From Chiloscyllium plagiosum (Eukaryota): 64,000 bases of DNA. Below, piece by piece: positions 63,062 through 64,000 of this stretch. Under the pieces are notes generated by a model. The model searched no databases. It was not told the DNA's origin and saw only the letters and a program-made list of their open reading frames with translations. The DNA is taken from NCBI RefSeq assembly GCF_004010195.1, contig NC_057718.1:77016079-77080078 (forward strand). Reading direction: 5' to 3'. A program made the position numbers and the translations under genes. Every line of letters begins with the position of its first letter. Positions within the stretch are counted from its first letter, which is position 1.

Positions 63062-63530
63062 CAGAGAGTCACAGGCTGCACATACGTTTCAATAAAAGTT
63101 TTCTTTGATCAACCAGCAGTGTTTGTCAGTTGGAAGGGCTTCCACTCCATTAATGTTCATTGCAATGTGACCACTAGAAGGTAGTCGTTTATGTCCAAGC
63201 AAGTTATCCTGGAGGCTGTCACAATGCCTCCATTCTATACCAGTCAGCACCATTCTGCACAGCCTTTGCAACTCCAAATAGAGCAAGTGGGTGAGTCCTT
63301 GGAAACAAGGGCTATCCTCAAGTGACATGCCTGATGACATCAAAGGTGGCTCCACCACTGATATCAGGAAAGATGCAACGGGAGCCACACAAACACAAGG
63401 TCACTCATCGAGTAAACTATTTGGTTACCTGCATAGGATATCTGTCCAGGTCTTGGGGTGCCCTTCAGAATATACCAGAAAGAATGTCCAGAGGGGATTG
63501 ACCTGCTTTCCTTTGTACAACATACTGCAG
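63062..63530 (+). pseudogene. PIF/Harbinger (HARBI1-like) DDE transposase fossil
   Basis: Frameshifted blocks GCTYVSIK..FVSWKGFHSINV, YPGGCHNASIL, LGNKGYP..LMT, HTNTRSLIE, GALQY match Harbinger motifs (DCTH..NRKGFHSINVQ, PGSxHD, GDKGYP, TRxxIE). Confidence 0.75.
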
Positions 63531-64000
63531 CACAGAAGACGAGCTGCAGGAGGATGGTTAAGACATTTCAGTGAGGTCTTGCAAGGCTTTCTTCAATTCC
63601 ATTTAACATAGCAGACTGACTGCAAACCATTGGTGAAAGCAGGTGTGCACTCAGTTGTCTGCTGTGGCTGATGTGCTCTATCGGTGATCACTCTTTCAAT
63701 GGAAATACACAGTAGTGCAAAGGCTTGGAAAATCACGTCACTCATGTTTGAAATGATCTCGTCTTTGCAAGGGTATTTTCTCTTCCTTGTTGAACCTCCC
63801 AGTGACCTCTCTCCCTCACAGAGCACCAGTCTTCACCTCTGTTGCTGACTCCACAATCTCTCATTTCTTCACTTATCCTCACAACCGTGCTTTTCTTCAC
63901 AGTCCCTTCCCAAATCCCCAAGACACTTCCATCTCGCTTGGAGTCAGTCACCTGTGGTCTGTCTTACCACTGCCACCCCAGTGGTCAGGCTCCTACTGCT

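Overview
Vertebrate, repeat-dominated genomic DNA. The repeat content (HER1/CR1 LINEs, HE1-like V-SINEs, Deu-domain SINEs) points to a cartilaginous fish, probably a shark. There is a 629-nt assembly gap at 14243-14871. I found no intact host protein-coding gene, and most listed ORFs are LINE debris or noise. The window holds decayed CR1 and L2/CR1-type LINEs, one young Tx1/L1-clade 3' fragment, SINEs, a Harbinger transposase fossil and about 20 Penelope-like element (PLE) insertions. The main signal is in the PLE terminal repeats. At least four families carry a minimal hammerhead ribozyme: CUGANGA, one extra base, stem II, GAAA, then a palindromic ACGU/AGCU in place of stem III. These repeats have spread as ~130-250 bp mini-elements with target-site duplications (TSDs), mostly head-to-head fold-backs. 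Their inversion centre sits at or near the ribozyme, and the inverted arm usually lacks the last ~25-40 nt. One copy is a retrozyme-like direct repeat with a 331-nt period (55319-55804). A non-repetitive CpG-rich patch at ~29.3-29.65 kb looks like a promoter or first exon, with candidate non-coding exons and RNA hairpins downstream. Repeat boundaries are approximate and read by eye; family names come from motif recognition, not database searches.
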